From NCBI GenBank assembly GCA_013239625.1, contig MU054212.1:3100001-3164000 (forward strand): DNA of 64,000 bases. Direction: 5' to 3'. Under the pieces are notes generated by a model. That model had not been told where the DNA came from. It was given only the letters and a program-made list of their open reading frames with translations, and ran no database searches. The DNA is from Lama guanicoe. Lineage: Eukaryota. The position numbers and the translations under genes are program-made. This document shows, piece by piece, positions 39,401-52,695 of the stretch (positions are counted from its first letter, which is position 1; the number at the start of each line of letters is the position of its first letter).

Positions 39401-40950
39401 CGTGCAGCAGCCACTTTTGGCTCCGCCAGATGAGATCTTGTTTTCTACCTGAGCGTGAATTTCCCTGTTTGTTCCTCCAACATGCTAGGAGCTGTTAGAG
39501 CAACTCTTTCTTAAGCCATAATCATTAAACAAGTATCCACAGAGCTTAATCTATGAGCTGCAAAAGAAGAACCAGACATGATTCCTGTTCACGTAGCAGA
39601 GTGACTAACACATCATCTTTCGGATTACCGTTACGCGATGGCCTAACAGGCACAAGGTTGTCTATGACAGACAGTAAATAAGGAGGACGTATCTGAGCTG
39701 ATTCTACATCAGATCAGAACCCAATCATGTGTTAATTGAACGCTTGGCAATTGTTTTCTTGGTTTACCCACTCAGAATACTTCTACTGAGGAAATGAAGA
39801 CAGAAAAGATGGGTGGCTTCATTTTACAATGATATGTGGGCTGTGTGGCGTGATGAAAATTGTGGACAGGCAATTTTTAGGCCAGTTAGGATGGCTGCAC
39901 TAGAGAATCCAAGAAATGCAAGGCAGTATCTGTCATTCTCTTTACAACATACACGTGACCTCTGTTTGTGTGTGTACCTAGTCACTGCAAACGCTGCCTC
40001 CAGGGCAGTTCACGGACAGGGTTAAGGAGAAGGGTGCGTGTTAGGAAGCCAGGCTGCATTTGGAGAAAAATTGTGACGAGGTAGGGTTGCAAGGTTTACT
40101 GGTCACAGTCCCAAACTGGGAATGAAAAAGTTGCCCTTTTGTTTAGCGTTCAAGTTGAGAGTTTGCCATCAAGAGATGGTCAACTGCTGACTTTACTTGA
40201 ATGTCTTTGAAAAGAGAAGGCCTTCAACCAGACATGAGCAGGAGAAGAATGCCAGGTTTTCTGGAAACATCGCCAAAACCCAACAATTTCTCAGAATTTT
40301 CAGAGGCGCCAGAGGAGTGTTTGCATTTCAATGGAAAAAGTTCTGAAAGCGCTGGAAACTATTCCCCGTTTTACTTTTTCATTGAAAAGCAAAAACCATT
40401 GCTGTGAATAAGAAGCACTTGCTAGGGCTTTGTTAAGAGTTAAAAAAGGGACCTCTGGGAAATTTTAATTGTTCAACCCTTTGCCACAAAGCCAAGACAA
40501 AGAGGATCAAGTCGTTACAGCAAATAGAAAATAAAAGTACTGTTAGTTTCAGCACAAAAGTACCCAATGCCTGGAGCCGCTTTCCACTGGCCTGGCTTTG
40601 AAAGAAAGGCAGACCTTTCTAGGTTTAAAGACATGTCATCACAATGACATTGAAGTAACTTAATCATACCCCTCATAAGTACGCACTCCTCCCAAGTGTT
40701 TAATCAGCTCATCACTACAGATACCTGGCCAGGAAGCTTGGAGATTATAGCATTTATAAGAGACAATTTTCAAGCAAAAAAATAATATCCAGTTGGGATT
40801 TGGAAGGATTTTACATAGACCTATAGCAACAGTCAAAAGTAAACAAAATTATTTTATGTTTAATTCTGCCGCAACAAGCTTGCAGTTGGCATTGTCCAGT
40901 AGAAACACAATGTCAGGACAGGGGTAGAGGTCCAGTGGAAATACAGCATC

Positions 40951-41022
40951 AGCTCAGTGGTAGAGAAGAGGCTTGGCACGCACAGGGTCCTGGGTTCAGT
41001 CCCCACTACCTCCATTAACAAA
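40951..41022 (+). mobile_element. Degenerate tRNA-Ala-derived SINE (Vic-1-like)
   Basis: AGCTCAGTGGTAGAG...GGTCCTGGGTTCAGTCCCCACTACCTCCA. Confidence 0.75.
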
Positions 41023-41276
41023 TCTATAATGTCAGCCACATAGAATTAAACATTTCTAGTAGCTACAATCAAACAGTAAAAACAATAGGTAAGCTTAATA
41101 ATACTGTACTTTATTTAATCCAATATACGTAAAATATTATGACTTCAACAGGAAATCAATGTAAACAATTAGGAATGAAACAGTTTACATTTTTTTCTTA
41201 CTAAATGTTTAAATTTTATAAGTACTGTATACTTACAGTCTCTCTCCATTTGGAAGCTAAATTTTCATTACAAATA

Positions 41277-41482
41277 CAATTGACCCCTGAAAACAACAGA
41301 TTTGAACTATGCAAGTCCACTTTCACATGAGTCTTTTTCAATGAAACGTACACGGGGTTGGCTGAGTCCCTGGATGTGGAACCTCGGGTACCGAGGGCAG
41401 CTATGGGGTTTGGGTGTCCATGGATTTTGGTATCCACAGTGGGTCCTGGAACCAATCTGCAGGAGATGCTGAGGGATGACTG
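41277..41482. mobile_element. Tigger-family MITE flanked by TA duplication
   Basis: TA|CAATTGACCCCTGAA ... GGATTTTGGTATCC...GGTCCTGGAACCAATC...GAGGGATGACTG|TA. Confidence 0.75.
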
Positions 41483-42589
41483 TACTTGGCTGGTCTTCAG
41501 ATATCGTAATATTTAATTCAAAAGAGGAGATTCACAAACAGACTTTAAAAATTTCCAATAACTGAACTGAGTAACAGTTTTTAGTTTTAAACGAATTAAA
41601 ATGAAATAAAATAGAAAATTCAATGTCTCAGTTTTACTAGCCCCATTGTAAGTACCCAATGGCCACCATGTGGCTAAGTGGCTACTGTATTACGTGATGT
41701 ATTAAGAAGTTGCTAGTTTTTTTATTATTATGCTGTGACTTTACTGTTTCAAATATTAGCTAATCAAGTGAGCTTTTGAAAATGACTGCTGACGTCTTTT
41801 TACGTGTAGATGTTTTGGGGAGAATACAAATGTTGTATGAGCTTTGGCCTGTCCTTTGCTATAGGGGTCTGTTTCTCCATTTACGACTGCGGTGCATGTT
41901 GTGCTAGAAATTTTCAAAACTCTCAGCAAACTTGGCCTGGGGGGCCTTGGGAATCAGTTGGTGATGAGGTTCAGGGGGTGGGAAAGAAAGATGAGGAGGT
42001 GGAACTGGGCAGAGGGAGGGGCGTTTTTCCACCAGGCTCAGAAATGTGAACATTATCTCTTTCAGGTACTATGATATCACCACATATTTTCTGATTATTA
42101 AAATAATGATTCTTTATTATAAAAAATTAACAGCATTCAGATAAGCCTGAAAAGATAATAGAAACCATCCATAATTCCATTACGTGGAAATAACCCCTGG
42201 TAACGATGAACATACTTTTTTTTTTAGTTTTATAAATTTATTCAAACAATGACTGCTTTCCCTAGGGGCTTCTCTGGTCCTGTTGGAGGCCCTGTCCTGA
42301 TGGCTAGTAGGAAAACTTTGCTCAATAATGAGTAAGATCTCAGTCTTAGAAATATTTGTTTTCTGCTTCAATCTTCAGTCTTTTCAGAGTTTAAGCCCCT
42401 GTCGAGGTGAATTTAAATAGTTTCTTTTGGATGAGCTAGACTCTTGCTGAATGCTCAGTCTTCCGGATTTCTGCTCCTTTCCCCTCCCCTTTCCAGGTTA
42501 ACCGAGTGTACGGAGCCAGTCGCGTGCCCTTCTGGCAGCCAGCCCGACCTCTGGGGCAGGGCACTGCTCTGATCTGCTCCTTCCCAGTG

Positions 42590-43800
42590 ACTACACAATG
42601 TCCTTGGTCCATCTGGTCTCTTGATGTGATGCGTCTTTACCCATCATAGGCACATCCGGTACCATCAGACATGCTGGGTCATGTGGCCAGGTGGCGGAGC
42701 AGATAGCCTGAGCTTGCTTCAGAGCCATCTCTTGGTCTGAACCTCAACTGAACAGGCAGTCTTCTGAGTGTCTCAGAACTCCATGAGTTAGACCAGGATC
42801 CCCGAGTACAGTATTTGCTGCCTCTAAGATCCAAAGAGGCACCCCATGAACTAAGCTTCTTAGTGGTAGGCGGTGCAAAGTGCAATAACGTATCATTTCC
42901 CACAGAAGGAACGCCCCGCACCTCCCAGACTGTTACACGCCCCAAACCCTTATGGATGTGAGAGACTCGGACATTTCCATGGGGTTTATCCCCCCCTCTG
43001 TTGCCCACTTGTATCTTCCTGGGGCATCCGGGGAACTTGGCCATTTCCTGTTCTACAGGGCAAATTAACCTGGTGTTATCAGCACAGAGAGTTAATGTGA
43101 TGACTTGCAGAACATCAAGATAATCAAGGCCTCTGTGCAGCCGACTCCAACAAAAGGCACAGAATTACCACAGCCCTGGAGCAAGACGGTGAATATTCTC
43201 TCTCCTTTGTGTGAAACTGATCTGTGTTTGATCTTTTCTGTCTTTTCTGTTGAAGGGGAAGAATGCTTTCACTAGATCAAAATCCACAAGCCAGAGGTCA
43301 GATGTTTACACGCTGAGCTCCTTGCTTGAAAAAAAAAGACCTTATCCCCTTGAGAAAGGGTTTTCTCAAACTATGAGAAGAAGAGGTGGTAAACAGCCCC
43401 CCAATCTTTTCAAAAAGGGACTTTGCATCCTTTGTTAGGGTACCTGTGCCTTTGGGAAAATACCCAGACTTTTCCAGGTCTGTAAGCTATTGGGTCCGAG
43501 CGAACGTTAATATGGAGGGACCCAAGACACCATCATCTGAAAGGCTGCAGAAATGTGAATGGTACTAGCCGTATGAACTCTGCACCAGAAGTGGACGTGG
43601 CTTGTCAGGCATTCAGCAACACGGGGCCTCAGAACTGGATGGCCCACTGGCCATTGGCGGGAGCTGACAAAGTTGTTCTCAGACCCATCTCCTGCCTGTT
43701 TCAGTTTTTGGAAGAGTTCCTCCACCTTGTAACCCCCAGGGTAAATTAGAGCCGTCAGCGCTCTTGGTCGACGAAGAGGTCACCTTTTAATCTTCCCAGT
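42590..43800. mobile_element. ERVL internal-region relic (gag/protease/RT fragments)
   Basis: Minus-strand LLHFAPPTTKK resembles ERVL RT LLHLAPPTTKK; plus-strand ENTQTFPGL*AIGSERTLIWRDPRHH resembles ERVL protease NQTFRGLLDTGSELTLIPGDPK. Confidence 0.7.
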
Positions 43801-44790
43801 CTTTTCTATGGAACAAACCTGAGATACGGTCCTGCCTTCTGTTACCTGCAGCTTTAAGACTTCAGTCGTCAAGTCGCTCTGGTGTGTCATCCTTGTTCGT
43901 CCAGCACTGCCAGTGTCCTGTGAAGGAGGGAGCCTGAAACCCAGAGCTGGGTCCAATCAGTTCTACGATATGACTTTGCTGAGTGAATGTCAACTACAGA
44001 CGTGGCACTGAAGAAAAAGCAAGAAATGTGACAGAGACTGTCCCCGACACACGGAACTGTCTCCTTTTCCCGTGGGAACGTGTAACTTTGGAAAAGTGGC
44101 TACAAATGATCCGACCTGGCCTGGGTGGGGAGGGGGCTGGTCAGGAAAGGCTCTTCTGAAGACCGATGACGTTCTGAAGACTGGCCCCGGGTGTCCCAGG
44201 CCCAGAGACTCGCCCTCTGCAAGGCCCTGCGACGGGGAGCAGCGTGCTTCTCTGAGGCGATCCTGGCCCAGCCTGGTCAGGGCGCGGGGCTAATGGAAAG
44301 AAGGGAGCTGAGGATGGATGGCGTGACTGGTTTTTCTTACTTGTTTCTACGTGCTGGTTAGGAAACCCACCGTTTTAAACGATTATCTTATTAAAAATAA
44401 TCAACGCTTGAAAATCCGAGATTCAAATAGATGTCTATTTATTGAGCAAGACGTGCATAGTTTCTGTCCGCAGGTAGCTTAGAATCTAACAGAAAAATTA
44501 AGACCCATTTTCATACTGTTATTTTACAAGTTATAATGTGTTGTAAGGGAAGGACATGGGGCTAAGTGAATGTTGGGATAGGTGTGTGAGACTCGGTCCT
44601 GTGTTCATTTCTTCAAAAAATATTTAATGAGTACCTTCTCTGCCATTACAGAGATGAACAAGAGAAGGAATTCAGTGAACTGGGGAGTCAGTTGCATACA
44701 GAAATGATTAGAATTCTCTCAGAGCAAAGAGAGAGACACGCACAGGGTCTCATGGGATGATAACAGTAGTTATAATTTATTTAAGTACTT

Positions 44791-44902
44791 GGGTTGGGGG
44801 TATAGCTCAGTGGTAGAGCACATGCCTAGCATGCACGAGGTCCTGGGTTCAATCCCCAGTACCTCCATCAACTAAACAAACAAACCTAATCCCCCCCCCC
44901 CA
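44791..44902 (+). mobile_element. tRNA-Ala(AGC)-derived SINE (Vic-1-like) with TSD, inserted in a MIR
   Basis: 72-nt tRNA-like head 44796-44867 with A and B boxes, non-tRNA tail, flanks AATTTATTTAAGTACTT / AATTTATTGAGCACTT. Confidence 0.85.
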
Positions 44903-45379
44903 AATTTATTGAGCACTTATTAAACACTTTACATAATTTTCCCATTTATTTCTCCCAATAACCTGACAAGGGAGGTACTGCTCTCCTCATTTTTGATATG
45001 AGAAAACTAGCACTTGGAGAAGTTAAACAAATTGGAGCTGTCCCAAAGGTTGAAGGTTGAAGATGTGGAATTCCAACTCAGCTCTTGGTGATGACAAGCC
45101 TGGGCTCTTCCCCAGCAGAGCAGTGTGCTTCCCAGTAACGCCAGGCTGGGGCTCTCACTGCAGAGTGAAGACTGGCAGTGTGGAGGGTGGCGCCGAGCAG
45201 AACCAGAGTGGGAGAATGGTCAGAAAGGAATGCAGCATCGCACGCAAGACAGGCTGAGGGTTTGAACCAGGAGAGTAACTGCGTGGATGCGAGGGGAGGA
45301 GAAGCTTGAGAAGAATGTGGGTGGTGAAGGCAGTGGCCTTTCCTTGGCTGCAGGGAGTCCGCACGGGGAGAAGTCTGGC

Positions 45380-45870
45380 TCGACTCCTCGGCTCCTGTCG
45401 TGGGAGACAGAGCAGATGGATGGAGATGACATCGAATATAGAAAAAGCAGGTTTGGGGGTTAGATGATGAGTTCAACTTTAGTCATGAGGAGCTGGAAGT
45501 GCCAATGGGCCACTTCGGTGAAGAGGTCCAGCAGGAAGCTGGAAGTCTGAGCAAAGGTCTGCTGCAGACGTGTGGGCTGGAGAAAGAGATTGCGAGCCAT
45601 TAGTCTATGGGCGGAGCTACAGCAAGGAAAAGGGAAGAGATTCCTCAGGCAGAGTGGGTGCAGTGGGCTGAGTGAGGGATAGTCGTCGGGGTGGGGAGAG
45701 GAAGGGGTGACGTTGAGGGGGGAGGGGAGGCAGCATCACATCAGAGGGGGCATGTGAGGGGGCCGTAAGGGAGAGAGAAGAAAGGGTCACTTCAGGCAGC
45801 GCGAATAGTAGGAACAAAGTAGGCAGAAGAGCAAGGCTGTTTTCAAAGAATGTAATGGTTCAATCTGGAT
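45380..45870 (-). mobile_element. LINE-2 fragment
   Basis: GATGATGAGTTCA.CTTTAG.CATG...GAAGAGGTCCAGCAGG.AGCTGGA..TCTGAG typical of L2. Confidence 0.55.
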
Positions 45871-46029
45871 GGATCATAATGGGCTTGATGCCATTACTGG
45901 GTGATACTGGATAAAAGTTACATTGTCTAGAGCCTTAAAGCCAGGCAGTGAGAACCTGGGAGCAGAACGATTATGTAGGAAGTTTATTTTCAAAGCACGC
46001 AGAGTGGATTAAAGGGGGAAGTTATATGT

Positions 46030-46412
46030 AGAGTGGAATATTACTCAGTTTTAGAAGGAAGGAAATTCTGACATGTCTACAACATGGGTGAGCCCTGAGG
46101 ACATTGTGATACATGAGATAAACCAGTCACAAAAGGACAAATACTGTATGATTCCATTTACATGATGTACCAAGAGTAGTCACATTCATGGAGACCGAGA
46201 GTAGAATGTGGTTACCGGGAACTGGAGGAAGGGAAAGGGAAAGTTATTTAAAGAAGAATGAGTATGAAGTTTTAGTTCTGCACAATAAAAAGAGTTCTGG
46301 AGATGGACAGTGGTGATGGTTGCCTAACCACGTGGACATACTTAATGCCCCTTAAAAAGTTAAGACGGTAAATTTTAGGTTATGTGTATTTTACCACAAT
46401 CAAAAGTTTAAA
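46030..46412 (+). mobile_element. LINE-1 (L1MB-like) 3' end
   Basis: GGAATATTACTCAG...CCAGTCACAAAAGGACAAATACTGTATGATTCCA...GAGTTCTGGAGATGGA...TATTTTACCACAAT. Confidence 0.85.
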
Positions 46413-49400
46413 AAGGTAAAATGGGGAGAAACAAGAGAAGAGCAAAGGGAAAGGATGGTGGTTGGGGGTGGGGGTAGGGCTTTTTCCAGAGGCTATTTCT
46501 AATCATCCAGTGAATGTGGTGTGGCCAGAACTGGGTAGACAGCAGTAGAACTAAAGAGTGGAAACAGGAAAGGGCTGTGTTTATATGCCAGAAATGGTCA
46601 GGTGTTGGCAATGTCATATGGTTCAACCTGATAGAAAGGAAAGGAGAGACAAATTGTTTAATGAAGTCCATGAAATGTACATTCTTACCATTTCAGTTAA
46701 ATTGCAAAATATTTCCTGGGGCACTTGCTTTCACACTAATAAACCACATAGCAAATACTTTCCATTTTCAATCATCTTATGTCAATTTGAAAATGGCTAT
46801 TTTTTTACGGGAGAAATTCACACTGTCTTCACTTTGTTCAGTGTGACGCGAAGTTGCCAAAAGTGCCTTCAGTACACATTTGTCTTTTGTGTTTCAACAG
46901 GGGAAAGTTTCCATTTCCCCATTTCATCCCAAAAGCTTTCAAAAAGTGTTGGGCAGTGCCCAGGGCCGTCCCCATAGCTCACTTTGTTTCAGCTCTACTT
47001 TGTGCAGTTGGCAGACTCAGGTGCCAAGTTTCTGCTTCAGCGCTGGTCAAAATCCCATGCAAGATTTTGGTACCACCACCTGCTGATCCATCTCTGAATT
47101 GAGAATTTTTCACTTTTAAGAGAGCAATGGAATGAAAGGAGCAAGTTTGATTATTACCTATAATCGACTAGGATTTAAAAAAAAATCATACACACGTAAG
47201 TGGCGCTCAAACTTTGTTGTATGTAAGACTCATTCCAGGATGATGGTGAAAAGGTTTTCTGCTATTTGGGGACAAGAGTCATGGTTAGTGCTTCCCATGG
47301 CTGTGTTTTGGTTTTCTCCAGCTCTCCAAGTGTTGAAGTGGGAGAAAGAGGGGTTGAAGCACTGAGAAGCAAAGATAATGGGGTGTCCTTGGGAAGGCTA
47401 AAGTCACCCAGGAAAATTGCAGGAAGGAAATGGAGAGGAGTGTTATGAGCCAGATAGGGAGATGCTCAGAGACATCTGGGAAACAGGCAGTTTTCAGAGT
47501 TGAGGATGAGTGGGCCCACCTTCAAAACAGGAGGAGTTTTTCAAGAAAGGTTATGGAAAAACAGTCTGGATGCATTTATGGGAACCAGTTTTCGTCCCTA
47601 GACACCGAGGCTCCAAGGGCATGGGAGAATGACTCATCTCTGCTGAAGGGGATGAAAGGAATGTGTTGCCGGGGGACCCAGTGGCTAAGACAGAAGGATG
47701 CCAAAGAAAGGGACTGGATTTCTCCCAACATGTTAGTTGTTAGTCAAAAGAGATTTCTTCAAACAATGAAATATTGGTTGGCCATCCCACTGGGCATAAG
47801 ACCAGAGGACAAGCAGCATTTCAAGCGAGGGTAAGAAAACCCAAAATGTGACAACCTCATGGACTGCACAACACACATCTAGACAAAGAAAATGTTCAGA
47901 AGTCACTTTTCCTCAGGAAGCTTGGTGGATGAAAGAACACACATTTCAGAGCAGAGGTGGCAAAGTGGGAAACTCAGGGTTCAGCCAGGTAAGGCGGATG
48001 TGTGATGACAGCTGGGTGGAGAGCATGAACGGGAGAGATCTCTGGCCTCATCTAAAGGGGCCGACCTTGACTCTGCCTGTTTTCAGTTAGGCAGGTAGGA
48101 TGCAGAGTAACAGAAATTCCCTATCATTGATAAAGAGTCCCAATTTTTAAATGTTGCTGATGAATTCAAATACAAAATAAAATGCTTTGTAGGTCAGACC
48201 AGACATCTGTGGCCAGATGTAGGCAGTCAGTATGTGGTCTCAGCTTTGGAGCCAGAGAGACCCTGGCAGGCACCTGGCTGGGGGGGGGGTGCCATTAAAC
48301 CTCTCTGACCCTCAGTTTTCTCACTTATAAACTGATGGATGGAATAATGCTTCAATCGCCTCTTCTGGGGAGTGGATTAGACACACTGTTCATGCTGTTA
48401 AATGGATGTACATGAAGTGTTTTTCCAGTGTCTGTTATCCAGTAGGTGCTCAGTAAATGGCTCTCATATGACCAGAATCATGCATTTTTTTTCACCATTT
48501 CCTCCCCAAACTTCATGAACAAATACATCATCCTAGGAATGTCCAAGACTGCTGTGTTCACAGCTATACTTCAAACTAAGGTGTGACTGTTAGGATAGAA
48601 AAGGCATGTGGCTTGGATCCCTTCCCCCAGTTGCCCTGCTCTGGAGCCTTCTCTTTAGATCCACAGATCCTACAGACACCCGAAAGCCACAAGGCAGAAA
48701 TATACACACGATCCACTAAGAGATGTGGTAGAGGAGCCTTTACATGGCATCATGAAAACTTTTATTAAAGGAACTCTTTCTTTCCATGCAGTGCTTTGCT
48801 AGAAACTGTGCAAAGCGAATGAAAGAGACACAGTTTCTTTCCACCTAAGACATATTCCAGTGACAACAGAGATTTTGTACGCATATAAAGAGCGACAGAG
48901 CAAATGAACAAGTGATTAATGAAGCAAAGGACCAAAAGGTAGGGAAGGAACGCCTGTGTTTATTAGCAAGAGAAGAAGGTGATGCGTGTCACATTAGGAG
49001 GTCATTCTGTCTTCTTCCATTGTTAAGAGAGCACCTGAAGAGATGAGATTTCAAAACTGAATAATCGAAAAAGATCGCTTGGTGAGTTACCATGAAATGA
49101 ACGTCCAGATAGAGAGAAGAGAGTATTTCACATAGGAGGTAAGAGTTGAGCAGAAGCTTAGAGATGAGAAAAAAATAATTGCTTAAATAGATTTGAATAC
49201 ATTTGCCTGGAAGAAGAAGATTCTCATGACGGATTAAGATGGGCGCAACCAGGCAATTCAGAGCATTAAATGATGCAGAGTGGACGAATGATGTTGAACT
49301 CAGAGCTGGCCCTCCTCAGGCAGAGGACCTCGCAGGCTGAGCAGGTCTGTCTTCTTCTGGCTGAGCACGTTATTTAACTTGACTTTTCCCGTGGTCTATT

Positions 49401-52400
49401 TCAGTTGGTTTAAGTCTAACCGCTCCTCTGTTCTTCACTGCAACCTTCCTGAGTTAGTTGAGGGTTATCTAACTACTGAACTAATACTGGGGATGGGAAC
49501 TTGGGAAAAAGAGGTGAGAGCCATTGCTTAGTTTCTCAGTGTAGTCGTGGAGTTCTCACTTTGGCTGACTTGCTGAGCTGCGACCATCTTCCACACCAAG
49601 TGCCCATGTGCGGAGAACTGGCGGGACTCCCTCCCTCTTGGACTACGCTCCCCTTGACCTTGCCCTCTCCTGCAGCCATCCCGACTCTCTCGTCCAAATG
49701 ATATTTTGGTTTCATTAAGCTAAATTTGTTCCAAAGACTTGTCCCTCTCTTTTTAAAAACTCTGTGTCTCATGATCAACTAGGGATTAAGAAAAAAAAAA
49801 AGAAAGAAAAGGAGGAGAGGAAGTCTAATTTTTCATAAAATCTTTGAAACTGTCAGTTGAACTCAGCAAGAATAAAGGGTTAAGCTGATCCGAAATGTCA
49901 AAAAAGTTTCAAGATGCCAATATATATATACTTCTTGCCTTTGGCTGTTCTGAATATAGATAAGAGAAAGCAGAAGTAAGTTGTTACGTTTATAGCATTC
50001 TAAGAAGAGAGTGTGGTCCTGGTGTTTGCTGCTCGCGTTCATTTCCCTGCCTAATTACCAGCTGAGTCTCTCTAGGCAAGTTACGCAGCCACCCTCTGCT
50101 TTAACTTCCTTTATTGTATATGGGGTGGTGATGGCGGTGCGTGTAACACCCTCTAACTTAGTGTGACTATGGAGATGAAATAAATTAATGCCTGAAAAGC
50201 ACTTCAGCATTGAGTAACTGTTAGCTATAATCATGAATATTATTGTAAAGAATATGATTGAAATTGAGACAGAGTGACTCCAAAGGTAGGACTAAACTAT
50301 GTTGGCCCTGGTTGAAGATCCTCAGGTGGCTGAGCTCCTATCAAATGCCTCGGCCAACCGTTCTTCAAATACCAGGGCACTTTGGGGATGTTAGCCACAG
50401 GCAAAGTTTCTGCTTCACCATCTTCCAAGAAGGCTTAGAGTTTTAAAGTTGCCCCAAGGGGCCAAGTGAGAATTCAGGGGAGGGAGATGTTTATTACAGC
50501 CCCAGCCTACTAATTCCAACTTCTACTAATTCAGCAAGTGATCTCTTCAAAGGGAACACTACGATTCAAAATTCTCTGCGTCTGCTTATGTATCCCCTCA
50601 GCTAAGCACTAACGTGCAGTGTTAAGGAGATAACACCATTTGAAGAATAATTATTCATGAAAACAGTGTAACAGTCTTTTTTTCCTCTTTGTAGTTTAAG
50701 TGGTGTCCAGGTGGTTGCTGAACTGCTAGAGAATATTTTATACGCCATGAAGTTGGAGAATTAGCAAGTGGCCCGCATTCCCACTGGCTTACTGGGTATT
50801 TCCAAACACACCGTGTCAAAATCAGACAGTTGGGTGTCCTGTGCATACGTTTATGTTGAAGTTTATGGCAGTTTCTGGGCACAATCACAAGATCATGTCT
50901 CCATAGGTAGTTCCCCAGGTTAAATAACTGTGGTTTGGGGTTTCATTGCCAACTTGTTACCCAAATAGTAATTCCAGACAGGAGAATAACAGAGTGGAGG
51001 GGCCTTCCCAGGGTGTCACTGCTGTCTGTGAAAGAAAATCAGACCCTTAGGGTTTAATTAGAGGACTTACAATTACACCAAAAGCGTGCTACTGTCAGCT
51101 GGGGACACTGCACATCTGGAAGATGGGTCTCGATGTGGTCACTTGCCTTTAGGGAATGAAATCCAAGAAACTGCGACTGTCCAGTGGGACAGTGATGTTC
51201 ACGCTTGGCGTTATACACAGGCAGAAATGCCAAAGGTCAAAGTGAGCCAGTCTGCAAAGCAGAGTAATTCAGGCGAGATAAATGGGAAATGTACTTAAAA
51301 TTCCAAAGAATCCAGGATGAATGTGGTATCTTTGGCCCTAAGATGAAAAGACGTCATTTAAAAGGAAGAACAGGTACATAAAAGTGTGTTCTTCCTCCAT
51401 GAAAATGTACACGGCCCCCGGAACGCAACCACACAGGATGCCGGTTGGCATCAGAGAGTCTGCTTAGGGAAAGGATGACTGAGGGGCCCCCCACGGTCAC
51501 ACAGGCTCTGAAGAGAGGGTCAGGAGAGGAGCTGTTACAGCATAAGGGATAGAACAGCTTTGACAGGGAGAATTTTGTACCATTTTCTTCCTCTCACCCC
51601 TTTTCTCTACCACTGATGCCAGACAATCACAGATATGGACATATCATTGATCGGATATATGTATGCACGATTGGTTACATATATGATTGTGCATGTAGAC
51701 ATAGTCTATTCTCTCAAGTGCATTAGAGATGCCAATAAGACAGACAGGACCCTTGTTTCCACTTTTTGTTTCTTTCCAAACTTATGAAAAGAAAGGTCGT
51801 TTGTTCCTTTCATGGTTTCAGGAGTAACTTTGAGAAAACCACCTCTATCCTTTGTAGCAGATTCCATCTCAAACCGGTTTTGTGTAGTTGAAGAATAAAC
51901 TGTCAGGCTTCTTGGCACGTTTTTATTCTTTCTCTCTCTTTCTCCATAAAAAGAGAAGTTCAATGTCTCTGAGTTACTAGGAATCCGCTCTACATGGTAC
52001 GGCAAAATTGAAATGACACGATTTAGATTACACCAGAGTAAAACTCCTTAGAAACAGAGAGCACAGCTCAAGTGCGTGGTTTAGAGGGAAGAGTAAATGG
52101 GGTGGAACAGTAGTAAAAGTTTGGTTGTGGAAGGTTTAATACTTACGATCCGGCGGCCTGTAGTAATTAGTCACTCACTCCTTGGGAGACAAATGGGACG
52201 GGGTAAAATGTGTGAAGAATGAAGCAATTCAGGAAAACTCAGCCATGAAATGGAAAATCAAAATGAAATAAGGGTGACTGTCACTATCTTGGTCTATTAA
52301 TATTCAAATGTTAATACTTTTCTTTGAGAGCCATCACTGAATACTTACTGACAAGAAAAAATGGTAGCTTGAGAAGAACATATTCCAGAAACGCATTTAA

Positions 52401-52695
52401 CAGGGCTTGAACGTGGCGTTTGCTTAACTCAGAGTAACCGCTGACCAATTCAAGTGCACTTCCCATCCAAATGCATCTTCGAATTTAGGATCCCTTGGAA
52501 AAAAAATTCCCCAAATGCATTGCAACTTTTCATAGGGGTGACACATGACCGTATTTTCCAGAGACTCTGATTTAATATCTGAATGCAGTCGTACTTGACT
52601 CTCTTAAATAGAGAATCATTAAACTTGAAAAGAAAAGACCTTAATTTGTATATGCATAAGCCTATTAAAAAACTTTTCTAGGGGCTCTTGTTATG

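Larger units (their letters stand above)
40886..41692. mobile_element. MER33/MER3-like hAT element hosting a SINE and a Tigger MITE
   Basis: Left TGTCCAGTAGAAA, internal TTTCTAGTAGCTACA, right CATGTGGCTA.GTGGCTACTGTATT. Confidence 0.7.

Noticed and set aside
44796..44867. Functional tRNA-Ala gene
   Set aside because: Anticodon-stem mismatch, no oligo-T terminator directly after, SINE tail and TSD, inserted in a MIR
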